NCBI GenBank assembly: GCA_963822445.1
Contig: CAWGHO010000001.1
Span: forward strand, 672,001-736,000
Reading direction: 5' to 3'
Length of the DNA stretch: 64,000 nt
DNA from: an uncultured Acidobacteriota bacterium
Lineage (GTDB): Bacteria; Acidobacteriota; Thermoanaerobaculia; Gp7-AA8
Shown: positions 29,892-40,612 of the stretch, piece by piece
Layout: the number at the start of each line of letters is the position of its first letter
Numbering within the stretch: position 1 is the first letter of the stretch
The notes under the pieces: model-generated
Database searches by the model: none
Seen by the model: only the letters and a program-made list of their open reading frames with translations
What the model was told of the DNA's origin: nothing
Made by a program: the position numbers and the translations under genes

Positions 29892-30997
29892 GGCTTCAGC
29901 GAATCCGCCAGCTTCGAAACCTCGGCCTCGAGCGGGCTGCCGGCGAACTCCGACCGGATCTCGTAAATCCACCCGAACAGCAGCTCGTTGAGCAGACTCT
30001 TCACGATCGCGGTGTGATCGCGCGACCCGGAGGCGTAGAGATTGTTCAGAAGCTGATCGAAGTCGAGGCGGCCTTCGTTCACGAAATTCATCCCCGACAG
30101 ATGGGGCATGAGCTGCGGCGAGAGATGCAGGATCACGCGGTCGTTGAAGTCGTAGACGTGGTCGCCGATCTTCTGGAAGACCAGCGCGAAGATCCCCTGG
30201 AAGACGCCGTTGTAGCTCTCGACCATCCCTTCCAGCTCGTACTCGCTCTCCTCCGCGGCACGCTTCTCGTCGACTTCCGCCGCCTGCGCGTCCTGGATCA
30301 GGTTCACCGCGAGCAGGCCCCAGATCGTGCGGAAGGTCTGGAAATCGGAAAGGTAGCTGCGCGAGCAGAGCTGTTCGACGGACTGCGGATCGTCGAGGAG
30401 GTTGATGACGTGCGTCTCGTCATCGGTGAGCTCGAGCTGGAACGTGCGCGTGTCGACGTTCGGAACGGTCTCGAGCATGCGGTCCGGCCGCCCGACGCCG
30501 CGGGTGATGAGCGACCAGTAATCGATGGCACGCACGCCGTCGAGAATGAGTCTCTCCGTCGGCAGCGGCAGACTGATCACATCCTCGGGAAACTCGGAGA
30601 TGAACTGGATGGTGTAGCTACCCGTGCGATAGCGCATGGCGTTGAGCACGATCGCGCTGGCCTGCCGCTCGAGTGCGCGGGTCAGGTCTTCGGGCTTGAG
30701 GTATCCCATCTCAACGAGCGTTCCGCCGATGCGGCGCGCGATGACCACGCGATCCATGGCCTGGTTGTATTGCTGGATGTTGATCTCGCCGGATCGCAGA
30801 AGCGTCTCGGCGAGGCCGACGTCGGGATCGGTGCTGGTCGCGGAGACGATGCGGCCTTCGTGAAAGTAGATGACGTCGTTGCGCCCGATGGCATCGAGCT
30901 CCACGATGGCCGTCTCGCTGCTGCGGACGATCGAGCGGAAGAGATCGGGCACCGTGGTCTCGGCGAGCGTGCCTTGTATGGAGAGGTCGTCCGACAT
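29888..30997 (-). CDS. DUF4388-domain protein
   Basis: IQGTLAETTVPDLF...IYFHEGRIVSA...LAETLLRSG...RRIGGTLVEMG. Confidence 0.8.
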   Translation of the reverse strand: MSDDLSIQGTLAETTVPDLFRSIVRSSETAIVELDAIGRNDVIYFHEGRIVSATSTDPDVGLAETLLRSGEINIQQYNQAMDRVVIARRIGGTLVEMGYLKPEDLTRALERQASAIVLNAMRYRTGSYTIQFISEFPEDVISLPLPTERLILDGVRAIDYWSLITRGVGRPDRMLETVPNVDTRTFQLELTDDETHVINLLDDPQSVEQLCSRSYLSDFQTFRTIWGLLAVNLIQDAQAAEVDEKRAAEESEYELEGMVESYNGVFQGIFALVFQKIGDHVYDFNDRVILHLSPQLMPHLSGMNFVNEGRLDFDQLLNNLYASGSRDHTAIVKSLLNELLFGWIYEIRSEFAGSPLEAEVSKLADSLKP

Positions 30998-31015
30998 GGC
31001 GCGCACATTCTAAGT

Positions 31016-31104
31016 TGGAGTGCGGCGGCTCTGCCGCCGCTTTGGCAACGCGCGGAGCGCGCCTTCGGCGCGTCGGAAAGCGGCGGCAGAGCCGCCGCAC
31101 TCCA
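31016..31104. repeat. REP-like nested palindrome
   Basis: Perfect 28-bp inverted arms tggagtgcggcggctctgccgccgcttt / aaagcggcggcagagccgccgcactcca; same family as 61658-61765. Confidence 0.85.
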
Positions 31105-31911
31105 TCACGACGCGGGGTTCGGTGGCGCAAGCTTGCCCAGCTCCGGCGCATGCAACCGCGGCCCCTCGTACCCGCGCACCGGTCCGAAGTGCTGCCCTTC
31201 CTCCCACGCCGCCCGCGCCGCGGCGATCTCCTCGGGCGTCCGCGCGACGAAGTTCCACCACATCAGAATCGGCTCCGGGAACGGCGCGCCGCCGATCAGC
31301 AGCACACGTGACGAAGGTTCGAGCTCGATCGACGTCCGCCCGGGCTCGAGGTAGTAGAGCGTGTTGTTCCCGAGATCGAAGACACCGTGCTCGAACCGCG
31401 GATCGACCGGGAGCTCCATCCGGTCGTGCCCTTCGATGTCCGCGCCGAGGATGTCCGGTCCGCCGACGAAGGTCTGCACGACGGCGCCGCGAGGCTCGTC
31501 CCGCGGCACCTCCGGCACATGCTCGAACGAAGGCGCGACATTCCGCTCGGCATCGCGAAGCGCGATCCAGAGCTGCACGCCATTCAACGTCCCGCGATTC
31601 TCACGCGGCGTCTCCTCGGCATGAGCGATCCCGCTGCCCGAGGTCATCAGGTTCACACCGCCGGGGCGGACCATGGCTTCGGATCCGAGGCTGTCGCGAT
31701 GGAGGACTTCGCCTTCGATGAGCCAGGACACGGTCTGCAATCCGATGTGCGGATGCGGCGCGACGTCCATCGGCTTCGAGTCGGTGAAGGAGATCGGACC
31801 GTAGCGATCGAGAAAACACCACGGCCCGATCATCCGCCGCGCACGCCGCGGCAACGCTCGCCAGACGGTCATCGGTCCAAGCTGCGTCTCGCGTGCGCGA
31901 TGGCTTTCCAT
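31105..31911 (-). CDS. Pirin family protein
   Basis: [41 protein letters not shown]. Confidence 0.92.
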   Translation of the reverse strand: MESHRARETQLGPMTVWRALPRRARRMIGPWCFLDRYGPISFTDSKPMDVAPHPHIGLQTVSWLIEGEVLHRDSLGSEAMVRPGGVNLMTSGSGIAHAEETPRENRGTLNGVQLWIALRDAERNVAPSFEHVPEVPRDEPRGAVVQTFVGGPDILGADIEGHDRMELPVDPRFEHGVFDLGNNTLYYLEPGRTSIELEPSSRVLLIGGAPFPEPILMWWNFVARTPEEIAAARAAWEEGQHFGPVRGYEGPRLHAPELGKLAPPNPAS

Positions 31912-31938
31912 GGACCGGATTGTGCTCCATTACGCCGC

Positions 31939-32565
31939 ATGATTTCTTCCGAAGCACTCGACGTCCTGTTCCGCAAAGCGCGCACGCACGGCTACTGGCT
32001 CGACAAGCCCGTCAGCGACGACACGCTGCGCGAGATTTACGAGGTCATGAAGTTCGCGCCGACGAGCGCCAACAGCAATCCCACGCGGTTCGTGTTCGTC
32101 CGGTCGCCTGAGGCGAAGGAACGGCTGAAGACCTCGCTGTCTCCTGGAAACGTGAAGAAGACGATGACCGCGCCGGTGACGGTGATCGTCGCGTACGACC
32201 TGAAGTTCTTCGAAAAGCTGCCGAAACTCTTTCCTCACTCGCCGGCGATGCGCGAGAACTTCGCGTCGAATCCGCAGCTCGTCGAGACGACGGCGCGCCG
32301 CAACTCCTCGCTGCAAGGCGCCTACTTCCTCCTCGCCGCCCGCGCGCTCGGCCTCGATTGCGGTCCGATGTCCGGTTTCGACAATGCCAAACTCGACGAG
32401 GAGTTCTTCGGCGCCGGCAAATCGTGCGAAGGCTGCGATCAGGAGTTCTTCCCCGCCGGCCACGTCCGCTCGAACTTCCTCATCAATCTCGGCTACGGCG
32501 ATCCCGCGAAACTGCACCCGCGTGAGCCGCGTCTCGATTTCGCCGAGGCTTGCTCGATCGTATGA
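31939..32565 (+). CDS. rutE: Nitroreductase family, malonic semialdehyde reductase RutE-like
   Basis: [45 protein letters not shown]. Confidence 0.85.
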   Translation: MISSEALDVLFRKARTHGYWLDKPVSDDTLREIYEVMKFAPTSANSNPTRFVFVRSPEAKERLKTSLSPGNVKKTMTAPVTVIVAYDLKFFEKLPKLFPHSPAMRENFASNPQLVETTARRNSSLQGAYFLLAARALGLDCGPMSGFDNAKLDEEFFGAGKSCEGCDQEFFPAGHVRSNFLINLGYGDPAKLHPREPRLDFAEACSIV

Positions 32566-33392
32566 AGCCGCGCAGCGTCAAAGCCCGGTACGGATCGATT
32601 CGAGACGACATCGACGATCTCGTCACCCGCCGCCCGCTTCCGAACGAGCATCTCGATCAGCTCGATCCCTTTCTCTTTCTCAATCACCACGGCCCGCAGG
32701 TTTATCCGCCGAACAATCGAGGCCTCCCCTTCGGACCGCATCCGCATCGCGGCTTTGAAACGGTGACGTTCATCGTCGAGGGATCCCTGCTGCATCGCGA
32801 TACCGGCGGACACGAGAGCGCGATTCACGCGGGCGGCGTGCAGTGGATGACCGCCGGCCGCGGACTCGAGCACGCCGAGCTTTCGACGAAGGAGTTCCTG
32901 CGCGACGGTGGTCCGCTGGAGATCCTCCAGCTCTGGGTGAACCTTCCGGCGCGTTTGAAATGGGTCGAGCCGCGCTACACGGGTCTGCAGAAGGCGGAGA
33001 TTCCGTCGTTCGTATCGGGCGGTGCGACGATCGATCTCATCTCCGGACAATGGGAACGGGAGATCGGTCCCATCGAATCGCTGACCGGTGTGCAGATGAT
33101 GACCGTGCGCGTCCCGGCGGGCATCTCGGTCACGCTGCCCGCGCCGCAAGGCCGCACCGTTTTCTTCTACATCGTGCGCGGCTCGCTGAACGTCGGCGAG
33201 CAATATCACCTCGTCGATTTCAACGACGACGGCGATGCGGTCGAAGTGGAAGCGCTGTCCGACGCGCTGATCCTCTTCGGGCATGGAGAGCCATACGGCG
33301 AGCCGGTCGTTGCCCACGGCCCGTTCGTGATGAACACGCGCGAGGAGATCGTCGAGGCCTTTCGCGACTATCAGATGGGGAAGTTCAGATAG
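32562..33392 (+). CDS. Pirin family protein
   Basis: [34 protein letters not shown]. Confidence 0.92.
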   Translation: MKPRSVKARYGSIRDDIDDLVTRRPLPNEHLDQLDPFLFLNHHGPQVYPPNNRGLPFGPHPHRGFETVTFIVEGSLLHRDTGGHESAIHAGGVQWMTAGRGLEHAELSTKEFLRDGGPLEILQLWVNLPARLKWVEPRYTGLQKAEIPSFVSGGATIDLISGQWEREIGPIESLTGVQMMTVRVPAGISVTLPAPQGRTVFFYIVRGSLNVGEQYHLVDFNDDGDAVEVEALSDALILFGHGEPYGEPVVAHGPFVMNTREEIVEAFRDYQMGKFR

Positions 33393-34634
33393 TCATCCCC
33401 GAGCGTTACGCGCGCGACTTCCAAGCCACAGGAACAGTGCGCCGAGGGCGCAGGCAATCGGACAGACCAGCAGCGAGAAACGCATCTGCTGCGGATCCGC
33501 TGCGACGCCGAGGGCATCGCTGATCCTGCCGATGAGCGGCGCGCCGAGACCGTACGCGGTGATGTTGATGATGGAGAAGAAGATCCCGATGCCGATCCCC
33601 CGAAGATGCGGTCCGGCGAGATCGTGAATGTCCGCCGTCGCCGGCCCGACCCACATCAACGCCAGGGCGTAGAGGACGACGTTCACCGCGAGCAGCAAGG
33701 GGATGTTGTTGATGAAGAGCATCGCCAGCCAGAGCGGCACGGACACCGCCGCGCCGATGGCCGTGAAGGACATCCGCGTGCGGAAGCGATCGGCGAAGAA
33801 TCCGGCCGAGGCCATGGCCGGAAATCCGACGAAGATCGCCAGCATGCCCGCCGCCGTGCCGACGACGGCGATCGACATCTCATGAACGCGGACGTAAAAG
33901 GTCGGACCCCAGATGCCGAGGTTGTTCGAGGCGATTCCTACGAAGGCGTAACCGGCGAACAGGAAGAGCAGCGGCTTGGAACGGAACAGCAGGCGCCAGT
34001 CGGTGTTGGCGCGCGTCGCCGGGGTCGATTCGGTGCGGCCGCGCGGCACTTCGCGCAGCATGAAGACGAGCACCGCCAGCAGCAGGCCGGGAAATCCGAG
34101 AAACCAGAACGCCGGCCGCCAGCCGTACGACTGGCCGATCCATCCGCCGAGGAAGTAGGCCAGGCCTCCGCCGACGGCGATGCCCGAGGAGTAGATCGAC
34201 TGCACCTTCGCGCGCATGCTCGTCGGAAAGTAATCGCTGAGCAGCGACAGCGCAGCGGGTCCGAGAGTGGCCTCGCCGACGCCCACCATCAACCGGCAGA
34301 GGAAGATCGTCCAGAAGCTATCGGCGAATCCGGTCAGGCCGGAGAAGAGACTCCAGATCGCCAGGCCGACGCCGATCATGTTTTTGCGCACCGTGCGGTC
34401 GGCCAGGCGCCCGAACGGGATCCCCAGCAGCGTGTAGAAGATGACGAACGACGTCGTTCCCAGCAGCGCGAGCTGCAGGTCCGAGAAGCCCATCTCCTTC
34501 TTCATCGGCGTGAAGAGGATGTAGATGAGCTGGCGGTCGAGGAAGTTGAGGACGTAGACCGCGGTGAGGACCGCCAGGGCGTACCAGGAGTAGCGGGGAG
34601 CGCGTTCGTCGACAGGCTCGGCGGTTACGGACAT
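33393..34634 (-). CDS. MFS transporter (Spinster-like)
   Basis: NFLDRQ, GRLADR, RLMVGVGEA, SLLSDYFP; about 12 TM. Confidence 0.92.
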   Translation of the reverse strand: MSVTAEPVDERAPRYSWYALAVLTAVYVLNFLDRQLIYILFTPMKKEMGFSDLQLALLGTTSFVIFYTLLGIPFGRLADRTVRKNMIGVGLAIWSLFSGLTGFADSFWTIFLCRLMVGVGEATLGPAALSLLSDYFPTSMRAKVQSIYSSGIAVGGGLAYFLGGWIGQSYGWRPAFWFLGFPGLLLAVLVFMLREVPRGRTESTPATRANTDWRLLFRSKPLLFLFAGYAFVGIASNNLGIWGPTFYVRVHEMSIAVVGTAAGMLAIFVGFPAMASAGFFADRFRTRMSFTAIGAAVSVPLWLAMLFINNIPLLLAVNVVLYALALMWVGPATADIHDLAGPHLRGIGIGIFFSIINITAYGLGAPLIGRISDALGVAADPQQMRFSLLVCPIACALGALFLWLGSRARNARG

Positions 34635-34808
34635 GGGCGGGAAGTGTAACCGACCGGCTGGCCGGTTTCGCGAAACAGCGGCGTTCGACAGGCAGCCGCC
34701 TTCCGAATTCGTTGCAGCGTAACGACCTGACCTCGGATGCCCAGATCCCGGTGCATGGGGCTGTGGAAAGCTGTGGAAATCAAAAGCAAACTGTAACAGC
34801 TAAATCCC

Positions 34809-34837
34809 TTGCATTACTGAACTTATGGATCTAGATT
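34809..34837 (+). promoter_or_regulatory. Candidate sigma70-type promoter upstream of the 79-bp array
   Basis: TTGCAT-N17-TAGATT in an AT-rich patch (about 34770-34840). Confidence 0.35.
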
Positions 34838-34850
34838 GACGCTCACCTCA

Positions 34851-35300
34851 GCACGGATGCGCTATCGGCGATGTCAACGTGAAGAGGTGGCCGAGAAGGA
34901 CCCGATAGGTCATCGAGGCAACGGTTTCGGCACGAACGCTCTATCGCGGATGTCAACGTGTCGAAGGCGGGTCGAAGTGGCGCGATAGGCCATCAGACAA
35001 CGGTTCCGGCACGAACGCTCTATCGCGGATGTCAACGTGCTGAAGCCGGTCGAAGTGGCGCGATAGGCCACCAGACAACGAGCTCCTGCACGAACGCTCT
35101 ATCGCGGATGTCAACGTGCTGAAGCTCGCCGAGAAGGCGCGATAGGTCTTCGAGGCACGGTTCGGTGCGAACGCGCTATCGCGGCGTAACACACGGAACC
35201 GGTTGCGATCGACGCGATGGGTCGTCGCAACAAAATTTAGCGCGAATGCCCCTTTGTGGCTGTCAACGCGCTGAGAACGGCCTCGGGAGACAAAGGGTCC
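34851..35300. repeat. Non-coding tandem array of six ~75-79-bp hairpin units (candidate structured ncRNA)
   Basis: Units start at 34851, 34930, 35009, 35088, 35165 and 35240. Core gcacgaacgct-ctatcgc-gga-tgtcaacgtg...gcgatag; stems covary between units. Confidence 0.8.
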
Positions 35301-35320
35301 CGGGGCCATCTTCTTTTTGT
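35279..35320 (+). terminator. Candidate intrinsic terminator closing the array
   Basis: ggcctcggga/tcccggggcc 10-bp stem (one G-U) followed by atcttcttttt. Confidence 0.45.
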
Positions 35321-35322
35321 GG

Positions 35323-35398
35323 CGTACGGCGGCCGTCCCGGCCGCTCATCGCCGGGCATCATGCCCGGCGAGACAGCGAGCGGGACGCTCGCCGTACG
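35323..35398. repeat. REP-like nested palindrome at the 3' end of the SGNH gene
   Basis: cgtacggcg...cgccgtacg outer stem with internal hairpins gcggccgtcccggccgc and cgccgggcatcatgcccggcg. Confidence 0.7.
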
Positions 35399-35400
35399 AA

Positions 35401-36168
35401 TCAGACCGGCGACAACTCCGGCCGCTTCGGTCCCCGCCCATCCCCCGACGACTTCCCCTGCGCGTGCCGCCAGATCCACGGCAGCAGATGGATGCGCAGC
35501 CACGCCAGCTCGGCGCGCGCGATGTCCATGACCGTCGGCGGCGCGCGATCCGGCAGCGGCGTGGCCCAGGAGTCATCAGTCCCCGGAAGACCGAGGTGGT
35601 ACGCGAGGGCGTCGGCGATGCGGGCGTGGCCGATCGAGTTCGCGTGCAGACGATCATCGGACCACAGCCGCGGATCGGAGGCGATCGGATGCGAGGCCAG
35701 ATCGACGACGATCGCGCCACTCCGCGCGCAGGCGCCGCGAATCGCTTCGTTCAACCGCAGCACGCGCTCCCCCATGATCTTCGCGATCGGCATCACGTCG
35801 CGAAGATCGGGAAGCGTGAAGATCATCACCGTCGCTCCCTGCTTCACGAGCGCGCTGAGCATCGCCTCGAGATCGGCGGCGAAAACGCTCGGATCGAATC
35901 GACGCCGCAACACATCGTTCGTTCCCGCGGAAACGGTCGCCAGATCGGGCCGCATCGCCAGCGCCGACGCGAGTTGCTCCTCGCGAATCTGGCGCGTCGT
36001 CCTTCCGCGAATGGCGAGGTTCGCGTAGAGCAACGATCCCTGCTGCGCGGCGATGCGCTCCGCGAGCCGGTTGGCCCAGCCGCGGTAGCCGCCCTGGCCA
36101 TCGGGATCGTCGAGGCCCTCGCTCGTGCTGTCGCCGATGGCGACGTATCGCTCGAACCGTTTCGTCAC
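35401..36168 (-). CDS. SGNH/GDSL hydrolase
   Basis: VAIGDS, NLAIRG, AGTND, DRLHAN. Confidence 0.9.
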   Translation of the reverse strand: MTKRFERYVAIGDSTSEGLDDPDGQGGYRGWANRLAERIAAQQGSLLYANLAIRGRTTRQIREEQLASALAMRPDLATVSAGTNDVLRRRFDPSVFAADLEAMLSALVKQGATVMIFTLPDLRDVMPIAKIMGERVLRLNEAIRGACARSGAIVVDLASHPIASDPRLWSDDRLHANSIGHARIADALAYHLGLPGTDDSWATPLPDRAPPTVMDIARAELAWLRIHLLPWIWRHAQGKSSGDGRGPKRPELSPV

Positions 36169-37802
36169 GCCGGTCCCGCCAGCGCCGTCGTCACCAGCGC
36201 CTGCGCCTCGGTCTGAATCTGGCGCAGATGGTCCTCGCTGACGAAGCTCTCCGCGTAAATCTTGTAGATGTTCTCCGTGCCCGACGGCCTGGCGGCGAAC
36301 CAGCCGTTTCGCGTCGTGACCTTGAGGCCGCCGATCGCGTTTCCATCGCCGGGAGCATTCGTGAGAATGGCCTCGATCGCGTCGCCGGCCAGTTCCTTCG
36401 CCTTCACCTGCTCCGGCGCGAGCTTGCCGAGCAGCGCTTTCTGCTCCGGAGTGGCGGCGGCATCGGTCCGCGCGTAGAACGGCGCGCCGTGCTGCGCGGC
36501 GAGCTCGCGATACAACTCGCCCGGATCGCGGCCCGTTACCGCGGTCATCTCCGCGGCCAGCAGTCCCATGATGATTCCGTCCTTGTCGGTGGTCCACACG
36601 CTGCCATCGCGGCGCAGGAATGACGCCCCGGCGCTCTCTTCCCCACCGAATCCGAGCGTTCCGGCGAGCAAGCCGTCGACGAACCATTTGAAGCCGACCG
36701 GCACCTCGTACAGCTTCCGCCCCAGATGCGCCGCGACGCGATCGATGAGACTGCTGCTGACGACGGTCTTGCCGATCGCGGCGTCATCGCGCCAGTGCGG
36801 CCGGTGCGTGAACAGATAGGAGATCGCGACGGCGAGGTAGTGATTCGGATTGAGCAGCCCCGCGCTCGGCGTGACAATGCCGTGGCGATCGTTGTCCGTG
36901 TCGTTGCCGAAGGCTACGTCGAACTTGTCGCTGAGCGCGATCAGTCCCGCCATCGCGTGCGGCGACGAGCAATCCATCCGGATCTTCCCGTCCCAGTCGA
37001 GAGTCATGAAGCGGAACGTCGGATCGACAGACTCGTTCACGATCTCGATGTTCAGTCCGTACTTTTCGCGAATCACGCTCCAGTACGCGACACCCGCGCC
37101 GCCGAGCGGATCGACGCCGATGCGCAAGCCCGAGGCGCGAACAGCATCGAGATCGACCACCGATGACAGATCGCTGACATACGTAGCGATGTAATCGTGG
37201 CGATGGGTCGTCGATGCCGCGATCGCTTTGGCGAACGACACCCGCCGGATCGGCGACGAATCGTTCATCAGTCGATTGGCCGCTTCCTCGATCGATTTCG
37301 TGGCCGCGGTCTCGGAAGGCCCGCCATGCGGCGGGTTGTACTTGAACCCTCCATCCTCGGGCGGGTTGTGCGAAGGCGTGACCACGATGCCATCGGCGAG
37401 CGCCGATTTCCGTCCGCGGTTGTGCGTGAGGATCGCGTGCGAGACGACCGGCGTCGGCGTGTAGCCGCGGTTGCGGTCGATCATCACCTCGACTTCATTC
37501 GCCGCGAGCACCTCCATCGCCGACGCGAACGCCGGTTCGGACAAGGCATGCGTGTCGATGCCGAGGAACAGCGGGCCGTCGATGTTCTGCGCGCGGCGGT
37601 AGTCGCAGATGGCCTGCGTCGTCGCCAGGATGTGCAATTCGTTGAACGCAACCTTCAGCGACGAGCCGCGATGTCCCGACGTGCCGAACGCAACGCGCTG
37701 GTCACGTACGGAAGGATCGGGACGCTCGGTGTAGTACGTGGCGATGAGGCGCGGCACGTTCACGAGCATGTCCTCGCTCGGCCGCGATCCGGGTCTGGTC
37801 AT
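36165..37802 (-). CDS. pgm: Phosphoglucomutase (alpha-D-glucose phosphate-specific)
   Basis: [33 protein letters not shown]. Confidence 0.96.
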   Translation of the reverse strand: MTRPGSRPSEDMLVNVPRLIATYYTERPDPSVRDQRVAFGTSGHRGSSLKVAFNELHILATTQAICDYRRAQNIDGPLFLGIDTHALSEPAFASAMEVLAANEVEVMIDRNRGYTPTPVVSHAILTHNRGRKSALADGIVVTPSHNPPEDGGFKYNPPHGGPSETAATKSIEEAANRLMNDSSPIRRVSFAKAIAASTTHRHDYIATYVSDLSSVVDLDAVRASGLRIGVDPLGGAGVAYWSVIREKYGLNIEIVNESVDPTFRFMTLDWDGKIRMDCSSPHAMAGLIALSDKFDVAFGNDTDNDRHGIVTPSAGLLNPNHYLAVAISYLFTHRPHWRDDAAIGKTVVSSSLIDRVAAHLGRKLYEVPVGFKWFVDGLLAGTLGFGGEESAGASFLRRDGSVWTTDKDGIIMGLLAAEMTAVTGRDPGELYRELAAQHGAPFYARTDAAATPEQKALLGKLAPEQVKAKELAGDAIEAILTNAPGDGNAIGGLKVTTRNGWFAARPSGTENIYKIYAESFVSEDHLRQIQTEAQALVTTALAGPA

Positions 37803-37836
37803 TGTTCTTGTCACGGACCGGGAGCATATCCAGTTC

Positions 37837-38079
37837 TCACACCTGACGCAGGTTCGGAATCCCCAGCAGGTACGACCGGTCGCGCGGATCGATCCGCACC
37901 TGCGCACCGCGTGCGCCGAACTGGTACCGCTGCCCCGTCGCGGGGCCGACGACGATCATCGACGTCTCGCCGGTGTACTCGAATCTCACGGTCTTGTTCA
38001 TGGTGCCGGGCACCACCGAAGGCCGGCTGACGTTCACCGGTCCGCTCGCCGCGGCGCGTGCTTTTCCGCAACAGCTCAT
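37837..38079 (-). CDS. Small hypothetical protein (80 aa, MSCCG N-terminus)
   Basis: ATGA overlap with upstream gene; MSCCGK...[22 protein letters not shown]. Confidence 0.7.
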   Translation of the reverse strand: MSCCGKARAAASGPVNVSRPSVVPGTMNKTVRFEYTGETSMIVVGPATGQRYQFGARGAQVRIDPRDRSYLLGIPNLRQV

Positions 38080-38393
38080 GACTCGATCTCCTCTTCGTAA
38101 AAAGCTGCAGTGGTGCCGCGGGCCGTCGCGCGCTCCAGCAGGATGGCGGCGGCGGAGATGCTCAACCACAGCAGCACTCCGTCGCGCCAACCGGTCGCCA
38201 GCAGCACCGCGAACGGCACCGCGACCCACAAACTGAGACAGTAAAAACAATCGAGAAGCTGCCCGAGGAACCCGTCGCCGGCGAGCCGCCGGAAACGGGC
38301 CAGGATTTCTCCCGGCCCGTCCTCGGCATGCAGCAGGTGCGTCACCCGCCAGCAGCAGAGCGATCCAATGAGCAGCGACACGATCATCGTCAA
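38076..38393 (-). CDS. DUF1360-like small membrane protein
   Basis: WRVTHLL..EDGP....R......G.LLDCFYCLSLWV. Confidence 0.75.
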   Translation of the reverse strand: MTMIVSLLIGSLCCWRVTHLLHAEDGPGEILARFRRLAGDGFLGQLLDCFYCLSLWVAVPFAVLLATGWRDGVLLWLSISAAAILLERATARGTTAAFYEEEIES

Positions 38394-40612
38394 TCCACGC
38401 AGATCCCCAGGTCATCCTCGGCATGGAAGCTAGTGATACCGAAGTTCGGACCGCTGATGTAGCCGACCACCGTGCGATCCCACGCCTGGAACCGCAGCGC
38501 GTAACCGCACACCGTCGTCGCACGCATCGCGAAATCGCCGGTCTCGCCGCCGGTCGGCAGAACGGGATAGCCGCGGCTGACGGACGACGATCCGCTGACC
38601 GTGGTTCCGAAGCCGACCACCGCGCCGGGCAACGCCGGAATGATGCTGATGCTGACCGTCGAAAGATGCGGTGCCCCGAACGCCGTTCCCGGCGTGTCGC
38701 TGACCGTGTACGACCCGACGACTGTCGTGCCCGGCGTGGTCTTGTTGCACGTCGCCTCGACGGCGGCGCTCCACGACGCATTGATGACCGGCCCCGTGTT
38801 GTCGAGGAACACCGTGACCGCGCTGGGCGTGGTCTCGATCGCACCGTCGAGGAACGTCACCCGGATGTTCCAGAGCCCTTCATCGCCCGGTGTGGTGTGC
38901 CAGTAACCGAGGGTGTGATCTTCGATTTGGCGGCGCACGCCGCCGCTTTCGTAGTTCTGATACTTGTACCAGACCGCCCCGAGGCCGTCGCCGAGATCGA
39001 CCGGGGTCACGACCGGGAAGCACTCGACCTGGAATCCAGGACTCGGGCTGCAGTCGACGACGAACGAGCCGTTCTCTTCGAAGATGCGCAGCGTGACCGG
39101 GTTGGTCAGCGCGGTGTACGCCGAATCCGGCGCGGCCGCGCGTTTCACGTCGATGCGGTAGTAGCGGTCATACGTCTTCCAGCCGGGCAGCACGCCGCGA
39201 ATGGCGAGGATGCCGCCGAACGGCGCGTCACCTGCGCGGGTGAGACCGGTCGCGGGATCGATCTCGTTCGTGATCGGATCGGAGGAAACCGAGTAGCCGC
39301 TGATGTTCAGAAGCTGCGGGATTCCGACAGCCGTCGGATCGCCGGGGCGGAGCTGGATCAGCGTGTCGAACGCATTGCCCCAGTACGGCGTTTCGTCCGG
39401 ATCGGTCGATGACGGAGGCGTGGACCACGACAGCACCGCGCGCAGTTTCACGACCTTCGCGCCGCTCGCGCAGAGCTGCCGCCATACCGTCGTGTCGACG
39501 GGCAGATTGACGGCGTAGTGCACGCCACCAGCGGGCACGGACGGCAGGTCGTGGACCTGCACCGCGGTCATGCCCAGGAACTGCCAGCCGCCGACGTCCG
39601 CCCAGAACGCGACGTACTCCGTCGAGCCGGTCGTGCACAGCGAGCCGGAGTAGCCGTTCGACTGTTTGATGGTCACCACGGCGCCGACCGAATCTTCCTC
39701 GGGACGATAGCCGGCGCAGGTGACCTCCTCGTACTGCGTGGCGTCGTGCGTCGGGAACTGGATGATTTTGATGAGCTCATCGATCGCGCTCGGCTGCAGC
39801 TTGAGCGTGTCGAAGAGCGAGACCGACGATTGCGCCGCGAGCAGCAACGGCTTGGCCGCGGCGTTCTTCACTTCCGCGAACGCGAAGCGGTTGGGCGTCA
39901 CCTTGGTCTTGGCGTAGAGCTGGGACTTCTCGGACAGATCGAGCTTCTTCGGCGTGACTTTCAGCTCGGTGTCGAGATCGACGGACGAGAGAAACGCCTC
40001 GAGGCCGGGCTCGAGTTTTTGCAGCTTGACCAGGTCGGTGAAGTCGGCCCACAGCCGGCGATAGCGCGGCCGGAGCTGGACGTCGACGTCGAGGTTGTGA
40101 CCCCACACCGGCGGGTAGTCGGGCGTGTTGGCGGGCGGCGGCGCGCTCCAAGAGAGGATCGCCCGGATCTTCACCAGATTGCTGGCCGTGCAGTACTGCC
40201 GTGGCGGATCGAGAACCGGCACGCGCAGCGTGTAGCTGAGCGGCTTGTCGCCAGGGATGTCATGCACGCGCACGGAGGCGAGACCGAGGTCGGTCCAGTT
40301 GTTGGTGTTCGTGTAGTCGGCGTAGAAGCGGACGTACTCGTAGCTGCCGGTCGAGCAGATGCCGCCGCTGTAACCGGTGTCCTGCTTGATGTCGACCACC
40401 GCCTCGACGTAATCGAACTGCGGGTTGAGGCCGACGCAACGGAGCTGCTCGTACGTGGTCTGGTTGGCGAACGGCTTGGCAACGCCGCTCTTGAACGTGC
40501 TCTTCGGATCGTTTCCGAAGTAGTTGGGGTTCGCGAGCGTCAGCAGCGAAAAGTGCTGGCGCTCCTTCGGCAGGCGCGCAAGCGCCGCCTTGATCTTTCT
40601 GTCGGTAGCCAT
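38390..40612 (-). CDS. 740-aa hypothetical protein with an internally duplicated Cys-containing beta domain
   Basis: YE..C.G......AVV.IKQ..GYSG..C.TGS.EYV.F.AD...W..LG...V.VHD.P occurs twice; RBS upstream. Confidence 0.8.
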   Translation of the reverse strand: MATDRKIKAALARLPKERQHFSLLTLANPNYFGNDPKSTFKSGVAKPFANQTTYEQLRCVGLNPQFDYVEAVVDIKQDTGYSGGICSTGSYEYVRFYADYTNTNNWTDLGLASVRVHDIPGDKPLSYTLRVPVLDPPRQYCTASNLVKIRAILSWSAPPPANTPDYPPVWGHNLDVDVQLRPRYRRLWADFTDLVKLQKLEPGLEAFLSSVDLDTELKVTPKKLDLSEKSQLYAKTKVTPNRFAFAEVKNAAAKPLLLAAQSSVSLFDTLKLQPSAIDELIKIIQFPTHDATQYEEVTCAGYRPEEDSVGAVVTIKQSNGYSGSLCTTGSTEYVAFWADVGGWQFLGMTAVQVHDLPSVPAGGVHYAVNLPVDTTVWRQLCASGAKVVKLRAVLSWSTPPSSTDPDETPYWGNAFDTLIQLRPGDPTAVGIPQLLNISGYSVSSDPITNEIDPATGLTRAGDAPFGGILAIRGVLPGWKTYDRYYRIDVKRAAAPDSAYTALTNPVTLRIFEENGSFVVDCSPSPGFQVECFPVVTPVDLGDGLGAVWYKYQNYESGGVRRQIEDHTLGYWHTTPGDEGLWNIRVTFLDGAIETTPSAVTVFLDNTGPVINASWSAAVEATCNKTTPGTTVVGSYTVSDTPGTAFGAPHLSTVSISIIPALPGAVVGFGTTVSGSSSVSRGYPVLPTGGETGDFAMRATTVCGYALRFQAWDRTVVGYISGPNFGITSFHAEDDLGICVD

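Noticed and set aside
34761-34830. oriC suggested by two DnaA-box-like 9-mers and an AT-rich patch
   Set aside because: Only two imperfect boxes and no dnaA/dnaN/gidA context.
34851-35300. CRISPR array or integron attC cluster
   Set aside because: Inter-core segments resemble each other instead of being unique spacers, the stem spans core and variable parts, and no cas gene is present. There are no proper RYYYAAC/GTTRRRY ends, cassettes or integrase.
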